DNA of 63,959 bases, filler included. It is 5 parts of 5 records of this genome, joined end to end, with 100 filler letters (N's around TTAATTAATTAA, not from the genome) between each part and the next. Parts side by side here need not be neighbours in the genome. Positions count along the whole stretch, not along the records: positions 33,337 to 51,155 come from SRR20825010_2253; 4 more parts are not named here. The stretch is one strand, 5' to 3'. A model generated the notes under the pieces. It did not search any database and was not told the origin of the DNA. It saw nothing but the letters and a program-made list of their open reading frames with translations. A program made the position numbers and the translations under genes. Within the stretch, counting starts at the first letter, position 1; every line of letters starts with the position of its first letter. Below, in pieces: positions 39,976 to 51,113 of this stretch.

Positions 39976-42015
39976 ATGCGTAAGTTAGTATCCTATTACT
40001 CCCAAAAAACAGCTTCACTCTTCATAGGAGTTATATTCTGCATCTTCACGCAGGAAGCAAATGCCCAACTCATTATATCAGAATACCTCGAAGGATCAGG
40101 TAATGATAAATGCATTGAAATTTTCAACACCACCAGTGCCCCAATAAATTTGACGGGGTACAATATCAAGTTGTATTTCAACGGAAGTTCTTCTGCGGGT
40201 TCAACAATAAATCTTTCTGGTACAATTGCGGCATGCGGAGTTTACGTTGTTTGCAATAGCTCAGCAAATGGCACGCTTACTGGACTTTCTAACATGACTT
40301 CTGGCTCTCTTTCTTTCAATGGAGATGACGCCGTCGGATTGTACAACGGCACGACTCTACTAGACTTATTTGGTAATATTGGTGCAGATCCAGGATCAGA
40401 ATGGACTGGAGTTGGAAACGGAACTGCCGACGAAGGAGTTATTCGAAATCCAAGTTATTGCACAGGTGTTACATCAGATCCAACTGGAACTTCATTTCCT
40501 ACATTTACAACTGCCAACTGGACAGCCGTAGGAATGTCAGGGAGTAACCTAGGTTCTCACACTAACCTTTGCGCGGGTTGTTCGGCTTCCGCAGTAACGA
40601 TAACGGCTGGAGCGGCCTCTGGAGGACCTTTTTCTGTATCCTGCACTACAGGTTCTTCGGGAACCATTGCATTTTCATCTACTGGAACATTTAACGCAGG
40701 GAACGTATTTACTGCACAATTATCCGATAATACTGGAAGTTTCGCAACTCCTACAATTATTGGAACCTTATCCGGTGCTGGAGCGTCAGGTGTAAATCCC
40801 GGAGGAAACATCTCATTTACCCTTCCCCCAGCAATTCCGTCGGGAACATATTCTATCAGAATCACCTCAAGTAATCCAGTTGGCACTTCAGGAAATAGCA
40901 CAAACATCACAGTCACCCTCACTTCTTCTTGTGAGCCACCACATATTACCAGTGTAATAATCAATTCTTGTAACCCAACGTGTATTGAAGGATACAATGA
41001 GTTAATCTTTGGAAATACTGGCGATTACTCTTTTACTGCAACGCCGGCGAATCTTTCAATAAGTTATGGTTCCACTGCTCCTCCAGGAACAAATCCAAGT
41101 TTAACTGACAACCTTACAACGAACCCATCGACCACCGCTAACATTAATGCTGCAGCTGGGTGTCCAGGCACTTTTGTAGAAGGAACAGGAGCTACAATTC
41201 CCGCTGGAGCTAGTTTTATGGTTGCACACGACGGACTTTGCATTGATGCACTTACTTGGGATGGTCTTTGCGGTTCTGGTCCGATTTATATTATATATAC
41301 TACTGACCCAGATTGGAACGTAAACGGAAACTTTAGTAATAGCACAGCAGCTGGATTTAGATATTTTAACTCGTCCATTACAACAACATCTACGGACTTT
41401 TTCTCAATCGATTACAATTACGATCGTACTCAAAACTCAGGTACCGATGGCGATTTTGTTACATACTCATCTGCAGGAGGATCACCAACTAGCTATGGAG
41501 ATGATGATTGCATGCTGAACCCCGTAGTATTGCCAATTGAGTTGATTTCCTTTTCTGGAACCATTGAAGATAGACAAGTAAACCTAAGTTGGTCTACCAT
41601 TTCTGAGATCAATTCAGATTATTTCAGCGTTAAACACTCTTCTTCTGGAGTTGACTTTAAAGAAATCGATCGCGTAAAAGGAATGGGGAACTCGCAAGAG
41701 CATCACCCTTACCGCTTTGTGCATAAAACTCCAACCTACGGGATTAATTACTATCAATTGACTGCGATAGATTTGGATGGGAGCGCTCGGAATCACGGCA
41801 TTATTTCATTAAACTTCAATAGTGATATTGCCTTTTATGATATACTCAATCAACAAATTGTATTTCATGAAAAATGTTCAGTGAAAGTTTATTCGACAGA
41901 TGGAAAAGTAATCGCCGTTGGAGATAAGGTAGAATCACTTCCATTTACGGAAACCGGAATCTTCTTTATCGTTGATCAATCCACAGGAACGCGACAAAGG
42001 ATAATTGTTTACTAA
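39976..42015 (+). CDS. Secreted lamin-tail-domain protein, probable T9SS cargo
   Basis: LIISEYLEGSGNDKCIEIFN and FNGDDAVGL (LTD), S/T/G-rich modules, VLPIELISF FN3-like module, short CTD-like tail. ATG 39976 starts a signal peptide. Confidence 0.8.
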   Translation: MRKLVSYYSQKTASLFIGVIFCIFTQEANAQLIISEYLEGSGNDKCIEIFNTTSAPINLTGYNIKLYFNGSSSAGSTINLSGTIAACGVYVVCNSSANGTLTGLSNMTSGSLSFNGDDAVGLYNGTTLLDLFGNIGADPGSEWTGVGNGTADEGVIRNPSYCTGVTSDPTGTSFPTFTTANWTAVGMSGSNLGSHTNLCAGCSASAVTITAGAASGGPFSVSCTTGSSGTIAFSSTGTFNAGNVFTAQLSDNTGSFATPTIIGTLSGAGASGVNPGGNISFTLPPAIPSGTYSIRITSSNPVGTSGNSTNITVTLTSSCEPPHITSVIINSCNPTCIEGYNELIFGNTGDYSFTATPANLSISYGSTAPPGTNPSLTDNLTTNPSTTANINAAAGCPGTFVEGTGATIPAGASFMVAHDGLCIDALTWDGLCGSGPIYIIYTTDPDWNVNGNFSNSTAAGFRYFNSSITTTSTDFFSIDYNYDRTQNSGTDGDFVTYSSAGGSPTSYGDDDCMLNPVVLPIELISFSGTIEDRQVNLSWSTISEINSDYFSVKHSSSGVDFKEIDRVKGMGNSQEHHPYRFVHKTPTYGINYYQLTAIDLDGSARNHGIISLNFNSDIAFYDILNQQIVFHEKCSVKVYSTDGKVIAVGDKVESLPFTETGIFFIVDQSTGTRQRIIVY

Positions 42016-42020
42016 TTAAA

Positions 42021-42923
42021 TTAGTTCTTGTGTAATTTCGACAGATAGACTTGCTCACGTTGACCTAAAGTTGGAAACAACAAACTCTCTGCCTTAAGAA
42101 CATTCAAATCCATAATCGTAGAATAACCCGCGTAAGAGATTATGTTTTTCGCGGCTAAAATTGCCTGATCTTGTTGCAACCAATCACCCGAAACAACAGA
42201 TGATTGCGTGTTTTTCACAATCTCTGGTTTTCCAATAATCGTTATGGTATCATTATTCGAAAAGTGTTCCAATAATTGTTTTGCATAAACATCCGGACCA
42301 CTCAAGATTAAGACTTCATCAATTGTTTTTTCAACTGGCGTATATCTCGAGAAACGGGAATAAGGTCCAATATATTTCACCCGCTTATCTCTTCTTCCAC
42401 CTGAACTCAATTTACCAGCCAGCCTAGAATCCTCGTAATCCATGATCCAAACATTAGAGAATAATCCCATAAGTCGTCTGTGCAAGGCAGAAACACTCCA
42501 CTCATACCAGCGAGTTGGTAAATTATATTGATGCGTAATGAAAATCGAAGCGACTTGGAGCGAAAAGAAACCATAGCGATGATCCGATAGAACGATATCG
42601 ATTTCATGCTCCGAAACATACTCTTCAACTTCCGCTCGCTCAGTCCGCATCCGTTGATTCAATTTCGAAAATCGCTTTGTTATATCCCAACCAAAGTATC
42701 CTTTCCCACCAAATTCAAACGGGTAACCATCGTGATGAACGTACGTAATGTTATCAAAATACTGGCTGAAAATTTCTCGCTGCTCTTCATTTACAGCCAA
42801 TACAATCGAATTTCCTTGAGCAATCAATTGATCAATCAACGAAATACATCTGGACACATGTCCCATTCCCCAATTTAAAGGAGAAAGAAGAATTCGACTG
42901 TCATTAATGTCTTCTGGTTTCAT
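42021..42923 (-). CDS. Glycosyltransferase (GT-B, family 28-like)
   Basis: PLNWGMGHVSR, SDHRYG, FITHQ, AGYSTIMDL, PT.GQ.EQ.YL. Confidence 0.85.
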   Translation of the reverse strand: MKPEDINDSRILLSPLNWGMGHVSRCISLIDQLIAQGNSIVLAVNEEQREIFSQYFDNITYVHHDGYPFEFGGKGYFGWDITKRFSKLNQRMRTERAEVEEYVSEHEIDIVLSDHRYGFFSLQVASIFITHQYNLPTRWYEWSVSALHRRLMGLFSNVWIMDYEDSRLAGKLSSGGRRDKRVKYIGPYSRFSRYTPVEKTIDEVLILSGPDVYAKQLLEHFSNNDTITIIGKPEIVKNTQSSVVSGDWLQQDQAILAAKNIISYAGYSTIMDLNVLKAESLLFPTLGQREQVYLSKLHKN

Positions 42924-43035
42924 ACGCCGCCAAAGTTAATCTAATCTCCGTTAAGTTAGACTTTGGTAAATTTTAACATTGCTATTCCCAACTTAGACGT
43001 TATCTTTAACGTTCAATTGAAAGAAAACAAAAATT

Positions 43036-43704
43036 ATGTTTGATAACAAAGAATTTGGCAAGTTCGCTACCAAGCACATGGGCATCAGTAGCATGCACAT
43101 GGAACATTATATAGAATCGTCTTTAACTCCTTATATCATTGAGGAACGTCAGATGAACATGACACAAATGGACGTTTTTTCGCGATTAATGATGGACCGA
43201 ATTATCTTTTTAGGTACTGGAATCAATGATCAAGTCGCGAATATGATTAACGCTCAGTTACTTTTCTTGGAATCTGTGGATCCAAAAAAGGACATTCAGA
43301 TTTACTTGAATTCTCCAGGAGGTTCTGTTTATGCAGGACTTGGGATTTATGACACTATGAATTTCATTTCCCCTGACGTAGCAACAATTTGCACAGGAAT
43401 GGCTGCCTCAATGGGTGCAGTATTATTGTGTGCTGGAGCAGACGGAAAACGATCTGCGTTGAAGCATTCACGAGTGATGATTCACCAACCTTTAGGAGGA
43501 GCTCAAGGGCAAGCATCGGATATCGAAATCACGGCTCGCGAGATTCAAAAATTGAAAAAAGAATTATATGACATCATCGCACATCACTCAAAACAAGATT
43601 TTGATAAGGTGTCGCAAGATTCAGATAGAGATTACTGGATGACGTCAGAAGAAGCAAAAGCGTACGGAATGATAGACGAAGTTTTGCTTCGAAACTCAAA
43701 ATAA
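43036..43704 (+). CDS. clpP: ATP-dependent Clp protease proteolytic subunit
   Basis: DVFSRLMMDRIIFL, YLNSPGG, AASMG, MIHQP, DRDYWM. Confidence 0.97.
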   Translation: MFDNKEFGKFATKHMGISSMHMEHYIESSLTPYIIEERQMNMTQMDVFSRLMMDRIIFLGTGINDQVANMINAQLLFLESVDPKKDIQIYLNSPGGSVYAGLGIYDTMNFISPDVATICTGMAASMGAVLLCAGADGKRSALKHSRVMIHQPLGGAQGQASDIEITAREIQKLKKELYDIIAHHSKQDFDKVSQDSDRDYWMTSEEAKAYGMIDEVLLRNSK

Positions 43705-43768
43705 CGTAAGTTTGTCTTAAATTGAAGTCCTGCAACCTTTGGTAGCAGGATTTCTTGTATAACTAAGT

Positions 43769-44989
43769 ATGTCGAAAAAAGAAGCAGGTTGTTCGTTTTG
43801 TGGGAGAGCACGTTCCGAGGTTGGGATGTTAATTGCAGGGGTTTCTGGTCACATCTGTGAAAGTTGCGTGACTCAAGCAAATACAATTGTAAAAGAGGAA
43901 AGCACACCTTCTCAAAAAGAGGAGCGTGTTGTGAATGTGTTGAAACCAGCAGAGGTTAAAGAAAAATTGGATGAATACGTAATTGGGCAAACCGATGCGA
44001 AAAAAGTCCTCTCCGTTGCAGTTTACAATCATTACAAACGATTGAATCAACCGATTGCTAAAGACGATATTGACATTGAGAAATCGAATGTGATCCTTGT
44101 TGGAAGAACTGGAACGGGTAAAACATTGTTAGCTAAAACAATCGCTAAAATGCTTAACGTTCCTTTTTGTATCGCTGATGCTACCGTTCTTACGGAAGCT
44201 GGATATGTAGGAGAAGATGTAGAAAGTATTCTTTCAAGACTTCTCCAAGCAGCGGATTATGACGTTGCTGCTGCAGAAAAAGGAATTGTATTTGTCGATG
44301 AGATTGATAAAATTGCTCGAAAAAGCGACAACCCTTCTATCACCAGAGATGTTTCTGGAGAGGGAGTTCAGCAAGCTCTTTTGAAATTACTTGAAGGTTC
44401 GGTTGTGAATGTTCCACCACAAGGAGGACGGAAACATCCGGAACAAAAAATGATCCAAATCGATACCCGAAACATTCTTTTCGTTTGCGGAGGTGCTTTC
44501 GACGGAATTGAAAAAATTATCGCAAATCGCGTAAATCGCCAAACAATTGGTTTCTCATCAAAAGAGGAAGAAAGAATTGATGGTGAATCACTTTTAAAAT
44601 ATATTAATCCAACAGATGTAAAAACGTTTGGATTGATTCCCGAGTTGATTGGTCGTTTCCCTGTTTTAACTTATCTTGAACCGCTTGACGCTAAAAGCTT
44701 AAAGCTTATTCTTACAGAACCGAAAAACGCGCTAGTAAAGCAATATGTTCGCCTGTTTGAATTAGATGGAATCAACCTTAAGTTCGATAAAGAAGTATTG
44801 GATTTCATCGTAGAAAAAGCGATCGAGTTTAAATTAGGAGCACGTGGACTAAGATCTATTTGTGAAGCAATTTTAAATGAAGCAATGTTTGAACTTCCTT
44901 CGAAGAATGAGACTGAATATCGGGTAACTGCCGAATATGCTAAGGCACAGTTTATGAAATCGAAGCTGGCGAAATTAAGAGTCGCATAA
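43769..44989 (+). CDS. clpX: Clp protease ATPase ClpX
   Basis: CSFCG zinc finger, [31 protein letters not shown] loop, LGARGLR. Confidence 0.97.
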   Translation: MSKKEAGCSFCGRARSEVGMLIAGVSGHICESCVTQANTIVKEESTPSQKEERVVNVLKPAEVKEKLDEYVIGQTDAKKVLSVAVYNHYKRLNQPIAKDDIDIEKSNVILVGRTGTGKTLLAKTIAKMLNVPFCIADATVLTEAGYVGEDVESILSRLLQAADYDVAAAEKGIVFVDEIDKIARKSDNPSITRDVSGEGVQQALLKLLEGSVVNVPPQGGRKHPEQKMIQIDTRNILFVCGGAFDGIEKIIANRVNRQTIGFSSKEEERIDGESLLKYINPTDVKTFGLIPELIGRFPVLTYLEPLDAKSLKLILTEPKNALVKQYVRLFELDGINLKFDKEVLDFIVEKAIEFKLGARGLRSICEAILNEAMFELPSKNETEYRVTAEYAKAQFMKSKLAKLRVA

Positions 44990-45019
44990 CTCTTCTCACT
45001 TATTCTATTAAGGAATTCA

Positions 45020-46534
45020 ATGTTCAAATACCTTGTTGTTGGTTTAATTCTTACGAACCTCATCCAATTCTCGTTTGGTCAAAACTTTAACAGGCCTGTT
45101 CCTGCAGATTTATACCAATACGAGTACACGCAATATGGTTCTGGACATGATTTCTATCTAGGAATAAATCCTTTCATTACGAGTGCAAATGGTCAGAACA
45201 TTTCTAACAATACAGGACGCGGAATAATTCTTGACCAAAATGGCTACGTCGCTTGGTATCAAGATACATTCGCAGTCAATATTTCTGGTTTTAGATGCTT
45301 CTCGTACAACAGCGAACATGGATTTTTTCAGGAAGTGGTGACGTACAGTCCCGATTCAATGGAATTCATCACGTTAAACGACCAGTTTCAAGTGACAAAC
45401 ACTATTCTTCCAATTGGAGTGAATCCAGATAATCATGAGTATGAAGTGACAAGTGCAGGGCACCATGTGATTACTACGGCGTCTTATGATACAATGGATT
45501 TAAGTGCGTATACATTCTCTGGTTCACAGGGCAGTAGCACAACCAACGTAAAATGCGGAGGATTTCAAGAGTTTGATGTCGCAGGAAATTTAATTTTCTC
45601 ATGGAACAGTTGTGATGACGTTTTCCCTACTGAGATGAACGGTTTCATGTACAATCCACAAAATTTTGATTATTTCCACATTAATTCAGTCGATGAAACA
45701 GAGGACGGTCACTTTATTGTTTCTGGACGACATACCAATTGTGTTTATAAAATCGACCGAGTAAGTGGAGCTATTCTTTGGCGCTTGGGCGGTATTAACA
45801 GTGATTTTACGTTTGTTGGAGATTCTGGATTCAATTTCCAGCACGATGCGCGTGATCTTGGTAACGGACGCATTTCTATTCACGACAATGGGAATTTATC
45901 TACTCCAAAACGTTCGAGAGAGCTCATCTATCAGCTTGATACGGTTAATTGGACGGCTACGCTTGAAAACTCATTGGAAGACATCTCTCTGAACTACGGA
46001 AGAGCCATGGGAAGCTATCGCATTTACAATGGAAACGCTGTTGTCAACTACGGCTACATCAATCGTCCAAGTCCAAGCATAATTGGGTTTGATCAGAATG
46101 ATAGTAAAAACTTTGAAATCGTTTTTCGGGACAGTGTAATGAACTATCGTGCAATTCCATTTGAACTCGATTTCACGCTTCCGAGACCGGAAATTTCATG
46201 TTTAGATTCGAACGGAGTGATTTACTTAAAAGCTCCCGATGGATTCAGTAATTACGAATGGTCGAATGGCGATCTAACGCAAACTACTCTTCCTGTATCA
46301 GGCGAAACCTATCAAGTGTATGTTCCATACGGAGTTGGATTTTTAGGATCGTTCCCAGTGAGTTTTAGCGGAATTTGTGATCTTAGTGTTGATGAGAATC
46401 TAGCGACAAATGAGAAGTCGCTCATCAGAACGATTGATCTTCTTGGAAGAGAAGTTAATTATCAGCAAAATGGTGTAGTTTACATTCACGTGTATTCCGA
46501 CGGAAGCACTCAAAAAACAATCAAAGGGCTTTAG
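45020..46534 (+). CDS. Secreted arylsulfotransferase (ASST)-like beta-propeller protein with CTD-like tail
   Basis: DNHE, DYFHINSV, SGRH, WRLGG, FQHDAR, HDNG motifs; tail DLLGREV...YSDGS. Confidence 0.82.
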   Translation: MFKYLVVGLILTNLIQFSFGQNFNRPVPADLYQYEYTQYGSGHDFYLGINPFITSANGQNISNNTGRGIILDQNGYVAWYQDTFAVNISGFRCFSYNSEHGFFQEVVTYSPDSMEFITLNDQFQVTNTILPIGVNPDNHEYEVTSAGHHVITTASYDTMDLSAYTFSGSQGSSTTNVKCGGFQEFDVAGNLIFSWNSCDDVFPTEMNGFMYNPQNFDYFHINSVDETEDGHFIVSGRHTNCVYKIDRVSGAILWRLGGINSDFTFVGDSGFNFQHDARDLGNGRISIHDNGNLSTPKRSRELIYQLDTVNWTATLENSLEDISLNYGRAMGSYRIYNGNAVVNYGYINRPSPSIIGFDQNDSKNFEIVFRDSVMNYRAIPFELDFTLPRPEISCLDSNGVIYLKAPDGFSNYEWSNGDLTQTTLPVSGETYQVYVPYGVGFLGSFPVSFSGICDLSVDENLATNEKSLIRTIDLLGREVNYQQNGVVYIHVYSDGSTQKTIKGL

Positions 46535-47295
46535 TTTGATTCTTTTGGTTGATATTTGACACGAACGTTTCTAAGTCTTCGTGCGCCACAAATCACCACT
46601 ACGCGCGCCGTAGGAACTCTATTTTTATACAATGAATTCTGATCTACTTCGAGATGAAGTCCAACATAAGAATACAATCCCTTCTTTAAATCTGAATAAA
46701 TCCCTTGTCGTTTTACCTCACGAATGAACCGATCTAACAATTCTGTTTCAGTATAAAGCGGCAATGGAACTTGATTTGTTTCGTCACGTTCCTTCTGGTT
46801 CTTAGGCTTCTTTCCAAAATAAAGGTTCAATCCACCCTCAGATCCTTTTGCATCGTAGTAAAACTTGCTATGTCTATCGTTTACCAAGGGAATTCTAAAT
46901 GAGATTTCCTTTAGAATGTTGAATTTAGAAACTGTTCTATTCGATGCTCTTTTGAAATGCTTTGACAACTTACTCCACTTTTTCTTGTCGCTGTAAACAG
47001 AGCCCTTCCAAAATTTCACGGCTAATTCGGAAAGAATGGTCAACGTCTTACTTCCTTCCAATTCATCTGGACGTTTGCGTGCATAGGAGTGCAAATGAGA
47101 AAGAAAAATAGCATTCAATTCTTCAGGACTTTCGGTCAGAAAGTTAAAAGCCATTTCTGTCGCAGGACGATCAACCAATTCAAACGTTGAATCTTTCGCA
47201 GACAAAATTAAATGTGATTCTTCATTGAATTTTCGTGTTTGTCCTGAAACGCTCCATGAGCAAATTAAGATGAGTATGCCAATTAAAAATCTCAT
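46531..47295 (-). CDS. Exported hypothetical protein (basic)
   Basis: Signal peptide; 4-bp overlap with the upstream LRR gene. Confidence 0.7.
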   Translation of the reverse strand: MRFLIGILILICSWSVSGQTRKFNEESHLILSAKDSTFELVDRPATEMAFNFLTESPEELNAIFLSHLHSYARKRPDELEGSKTLTILSELAVKFWKGSVYSDKKKWSKLSKHFKRASNRTVSKFNILKEISFRIPLVNDRHSKFYYDAKGSEGGLNLYFGKKPKNQKERDETNQVPLPLYTETELLDRFIREVKRQGIYSDLKKGLYSYVGLHLEVDQNSLYKNRVPTARVVVICGARRLRNVRVKYQPKESN

Positions 47296-49847
47296 TCACC
47301 TGCCGCAGATAATATTTTTTTCCTTACTTCATCTGGTGGAATACCATCCGTTGAAATTCTTTCTACAATTGGACGAACAAGACCATTTTTTAAACGCTCA
47401 AAACCTTTCACAACTGCAATTTCAAGTGCGCCAATGGAAAACAGAACAATCGATTTTTGTCTATCATACTCGGGCACAGTCTTCGAAGAAGTGGATACGA
47501 ATGAATTATCGTCGAGCATAATGTTTCTTACCTCGTTCGGCACTCTTACCCAATTTCCCTCTACGTCTCGCGCTGTTGAATCATATTGCAAATAGCCTGA
47601 CGGTCTGTTTCGTGAAAAATAATCGCAGTTTACCAATCCAAAACCTGTTAATCCAAAGCGCAACTGTTCCAACAGCTCCCTTCCCCTAATATTTTGACTC
47701 GCGAGGAGCTCTGCCATTTGCTCTCTTGCCTTCGCTGCCAATTTCTTGTCATTCTTCACTTTCCAACTGTTCAGGGCATCTTTCTCCTTTCCTTCTTTTT
47801 TTAATGCACGTTCATAACCATCCCACTTTGACTTTTCCTTCGTCTGAATGCGCGAAGTAGAACCATGGAGGTCAGGTAAAACAGGAAGAGAAACCAGAGA
47901 ATCTTTGAAAAAGAATGTCATATCGTAATTATCATCTTCAAAATTTGGAGTGATGTGTAATTGGGTAATGAGTCGCGGTGCAAAAACGTACGTATCTATC
48001 TTCTTTTTCTTCTTCCAATAACGCGCATTCTTTTTTTGAATTCTTTTCATTGATTGAAGCGCTTCCTTTATTTCAGGTGAAATAATCGTATCAATTATCC
48101 AATCAGATTTAGCCAGGTGCTGCTGATCAAAATTGGACTCATACACAGTTTGGATTCTACTTGAACTATTTTCTACCCTAGGACGTCTAGTCGTCGTTTC
48201 AAACCACAGGCGATAAGCATCTTTTGAATTTGCTTTGTACTTCATGTGAACTCCAATTGGAACAATTCTTTGTTTGATAAAATCAGAATCGGGTAAATTA
48301 TTTAGTGAATCGAGATACATTCTTTTTCTTTCTTCCCAACTAACCGTTTCTGGAGCACCAATTTCTACCCAATTTTGGGCCGTTTCATCGTAAACATAGA
48401 GATCTGAGTTTTCCGTCGGTTGCAAATCTCTCAACTCCACTTGAATTATATTTTCAGGATTTGGCTTGAGTTCGTTTCCTTGCTCGTCGTATGCTCTAAA
48501 GTCAATCATCCCAGATGAAGCGAAAATATTGTTTGCTCCACCATTTCTGTACACCATTGGAACACCTGCTAACGCATTCTCAATTGCATTATCATATTCT
48601 TTAATTTTCAAGGTCACTTCACCTGAATATACAGTTCCATCTGGAGTGAGAAAAGCATTGCTTGGGATATCGTAACTACTGAAGTCCAATGCGATTTTTT
48701 TTGGCGCTGACGCTGGAATCGAAATGATTGTTTGATCTGCTTCTACAAAAGGTGGCAATGAATTCGTTAGCATCGCTTCGGACATCATTGGTTCCATGAT
48801 TGTAGGCGCGATTGTTTCTCCTGTTGAAGCAATTTTCGCATTTCCAACGTAGCCGTTCATAGAAATATCAGAATTAACTCCCACCACATCAATGCGCGGG
48901 TTAATCTTCTGGAGCGATTCCTTTTGTGCTATCTTACAATCTACAAATCGAATTTCTTTAACCTTTGTAATTAGATTCAACTCTCCCTCCAATTCCATAT
49001 TTCGGAACTCTATTGTCTCTAGATTTGGAAAACGATTGAGCCATTCAAAAAGTCGCTCAGGGTTTGAAATTTCGGAACCATCAAATACAATTTTGGAAAG
49101 TGTTTTATTCTTGCAAATCCCATTTTCAAAAACGGTGATGTTTCCACCAATCACTCTCAACTCAGTCATATTCAGATCTGAGTATATCCCTGATAATTCC
49201 AATCTTGAATTCCCTGGAGTAATTTCCACCGTTCTCAAGCTGTCTTTAAACAAAAGTGCTTTTCCAACATCATTTGACTTTAGCATTTTGTTTCCACCGA
49301 GATAGATTTCCTCGATCTTCCAAAGACCCTTTATCCAAAAAGCATCTTCGAGTCTATTATTGGAAGCATCTATGCGTTTTAACGTTCGAATTTCCCCTAA
49401 TTCCGAAGGAAGATACTGAATGGCGTTATTCGAGATGTCCAATTCTTCCAACTGTTTCAATTCCATTATACTTCCAGAGAGATATCTGGCACTACTCGAT
49501 GCAAATGAGAGCTTTTTTAATAATGGAAAAGATTGCCCAATCCCCTCTAGATCAATTGTATTAAATCCTGGATTGTTTGATAAATCAAGTTCCTTAAGTG
49601 AAATTAATAGCGTTGATGTATATGGAATATCATCGATGACATTGCTCGATAAATTCAAATATTTTAGATTCGGAAAATTGTTCAATTCTGTTGGGAACTC
49701 GGTTAAACTTCTCGCTCTTAAATCAAGAGATTTTACCATCGTTGGCTCAATCATCGCGTCTTCCAAAGAAGTACAATACGAGCATTGAGCATGCCCAAAA
49801 GGAACAGTAAGAAAAGTGAATAAAATTAATGCCAGGAGTTGTCTCAT
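47292..49847 (-). CDS. Exported leucine-rich repeat protein with a large C-terminal domain
   Basis: Signal peptide; LxxLxLxxN repeats (NLKYLNLSSN, SLKELDLSNN, QLEELDISNN); C-terminal SSGMIDF and GLVNCDYF motifs. Confidence 0.85.
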   Translation of the reverse strand: MRQLLALILFTFLTVPFGHAQCSYCTSLEDAMIEPTMVKSLDLRARSLTEFPTELNNFPNLKYLNLSSNVIDDIPYTSTLLISLKELDLSNNPGFNTIDLEGIGQSFPLLKKLSFASSSARYLSGSIMELKQLEELDISNNAIQYLPSELGEIRTLKRIDASNNRLEDAFWIKGLWKIEEIYLGGNKMLKSNDVGKALLFKDSLRTVEITPGNSRLELSGIYSDLNMTELRVIGGNITVFENGICKNKTLSKIVFDGSEISNPERLFEWLNRFPNLETIEFRNMELEGELNLITKVKEIRFVDCKIAQKESLQKINPRIDVVGVNSDISMNGYVGNAKIASTGETIAPTIMEPMMSEAMLTNSLPPFVEADQTIISIPASAPKKIALDFSSYDIPSNAFLTPDGTVYSGEVTLKIKEYDNAIENALAGVPMVYRNGGANNIFASSGMIDFRAYDEQGNELKPNPENIIQVELRDLQPTENSDLYVYDETAQNWVEIGAPETVSWEERKRMYLDSLNNLPDSDFIKQRIVPIGVHMKYKANSKDAYRLWFETTTRRPRVENSSSRIQTVYESNFDQQHLAKSDWIIDTIISPEIKEALQSMKRIQKKNARYWKKKKKIDTYVFAPRLITQLHITPNFEDDNYDMTFFFKDSLVSLPVLPDLHGSTSRIQTKEKSKWDGYERALKKEGKEKDALNSWKVKNDKKLAAKAREQMAELLASQNIRGRELLEQLRFGLTGFGLVNCDYFSRNRPSGYLQYDSTARDVEGNWVRVPNEVRNIMLDDNSFVSTSSKTVPEYDRQKSIVLFSIGALEIAVVKGFERLKNGLVRPIVERISTDGIPPDEVRKKILSAAGE

Positions 49848-49921
49848 TTCAGTAGAAGTTTTGGTTATAACTTAAAATCATTGATTGGTAACGCAAATGA
49901 GTTCGGTTTATTTAAAATTTA

Positions 49922-50494
49922 TCAGAAAAATGAATAAGTATGTGTTTTCATTGAACATTTTTTATCCTCTCTACTGGACGGAAAAAACCTTTTAAGCTCA
50001 TTAAATCTTTCACGAATTGGTGGACCAAGATTTGGAGTGTTTGGAAATGAGTATATCCTATTGCATTCAAAACAAATCTCAAGAAAACCAATTATTGATC
50101 CTTTTGTGTCGTAAAAAATTATTCCGTGTCTTGGATTATAGCAAGCAGCTCTAGAATTAGATGATTCAGAATTATAGAGTATGTTGAATAAGTTGTCAAA
50201 TTGAGTTTTCTGTAATTCTGTTCTTTTACCAATGTGCGTTGAATCCAATTCTGAGTTTTCTCTAATAATGGATGATTCATAACAGCTTTCATATTTTCTT
50301 GGGATTCTGAAAAATCGTGAAGGATATTTTTTGATACTGCAATATGACTTCAATTCTATAAGTTCAATTTTAGAAACTTTTTTGAAGAAATTTTTTGCTT
50401 CCAATTTTACCGAGTCAACCCATGCTTCATCTCGCTGCGCTATACTGAATGATACAGAGATTAAAATGATAATTATGGTTAGTGTGTATTTCAT
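49922..50494 (-). CDS. Exported hypothetical protein
   Basis: ATG 50494 begins a signal peptide; CYNPRHGIIFYD...EICFEC motif; very AT-rich. Confidence 0.7.
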   Translation of the reverse strand: MKYTLTIIIILISVSFSIAQRDEAWVDSVKLEAKNFFKKVSKIELIELKSYCSIKKYPSRFFRIPRKYESCYESSIIRENSELDSTHIGKRTELQKTQFDNLFNILYNSESSNSRAACYNPRHGIIFYDTKGSIIGFLEICFECNRIYSFPNTPNLGPPIRERFNELKRFFPSSREDKKCSMKTHTYSFF

Positions 50495-50566
50495 TAATTC
50501 TGCTGCTTTCAATTTCTGCGACGGAAAATGACAATATAATATTTGTTACATCACTCATTTTTTCAA

Positions 50567-51091
50567 TTAAGTAAGTTTAATTTCAGTTTGTTTATACTGC
50601 TCCTCATACTTCGCTAACCATCTTTCGGAATGCTCAATACATTTGCGCTCAATATTTTTGGCCGTTGCCCCTTCCCAATAATGACTGAATGGATAGTTCG
50701 GATCATATTCATAATCCATCCAAGCGAAATGAAGATTGTAAAAATCGTAAATCTGGTCAGCATAATCTTCGTGTATACACAATTCACTTAATAACTTTAT
50801 GTTTTGTCTAACATGTTGTTGATTAGCTATTTGATTCACATAAAACCTACTATAACTTACAAGTGCTTCCTCTTCGGTTTTTCTTTTTAGTCCTAATTCG
50901 TTTATTGCGTCTTCCAAGTAAGGAATTACTTCGTAAAATGGAGAACTTTTTTCAATACTAGCGATTATGTAAAGAGATGGGACCGTGAAATTCAAATCCA
51001 ACATGTCAAATGCCCAATCTATTACTTCATCAGAATTTAGCCAATCTACGTAACCGTAGGCAACAACTTTATATGTTAAGTTACTGAGCAT
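50567..51091 (-). CDS. Hypothetical acidic helical protein (cassette-like or immunity-like)
   Basis: Intact 174-aa ORF starting 22 nt after an attC-like core site. Confidence 0.7.
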   Translation of the reverse strand: MLSNLTYKVVAYGYVDWLNSDEVIDWAFDMLDLNFTVPSLYIIASIEKSSPFYEVIPYLEDAINELGLKRKTEEEALVSYSRFYVNQIANQQHVRQNIKLLSELCIHEDYADQIYDFYNLHFAWMDYEYDPNYPFSHYWEGATAKNIERKCIEHSERWLAKYEEQYKQTEIKLT

Positions 51092-51113
51092 TTTTTATTC
51101 TGGGTATCATTAC

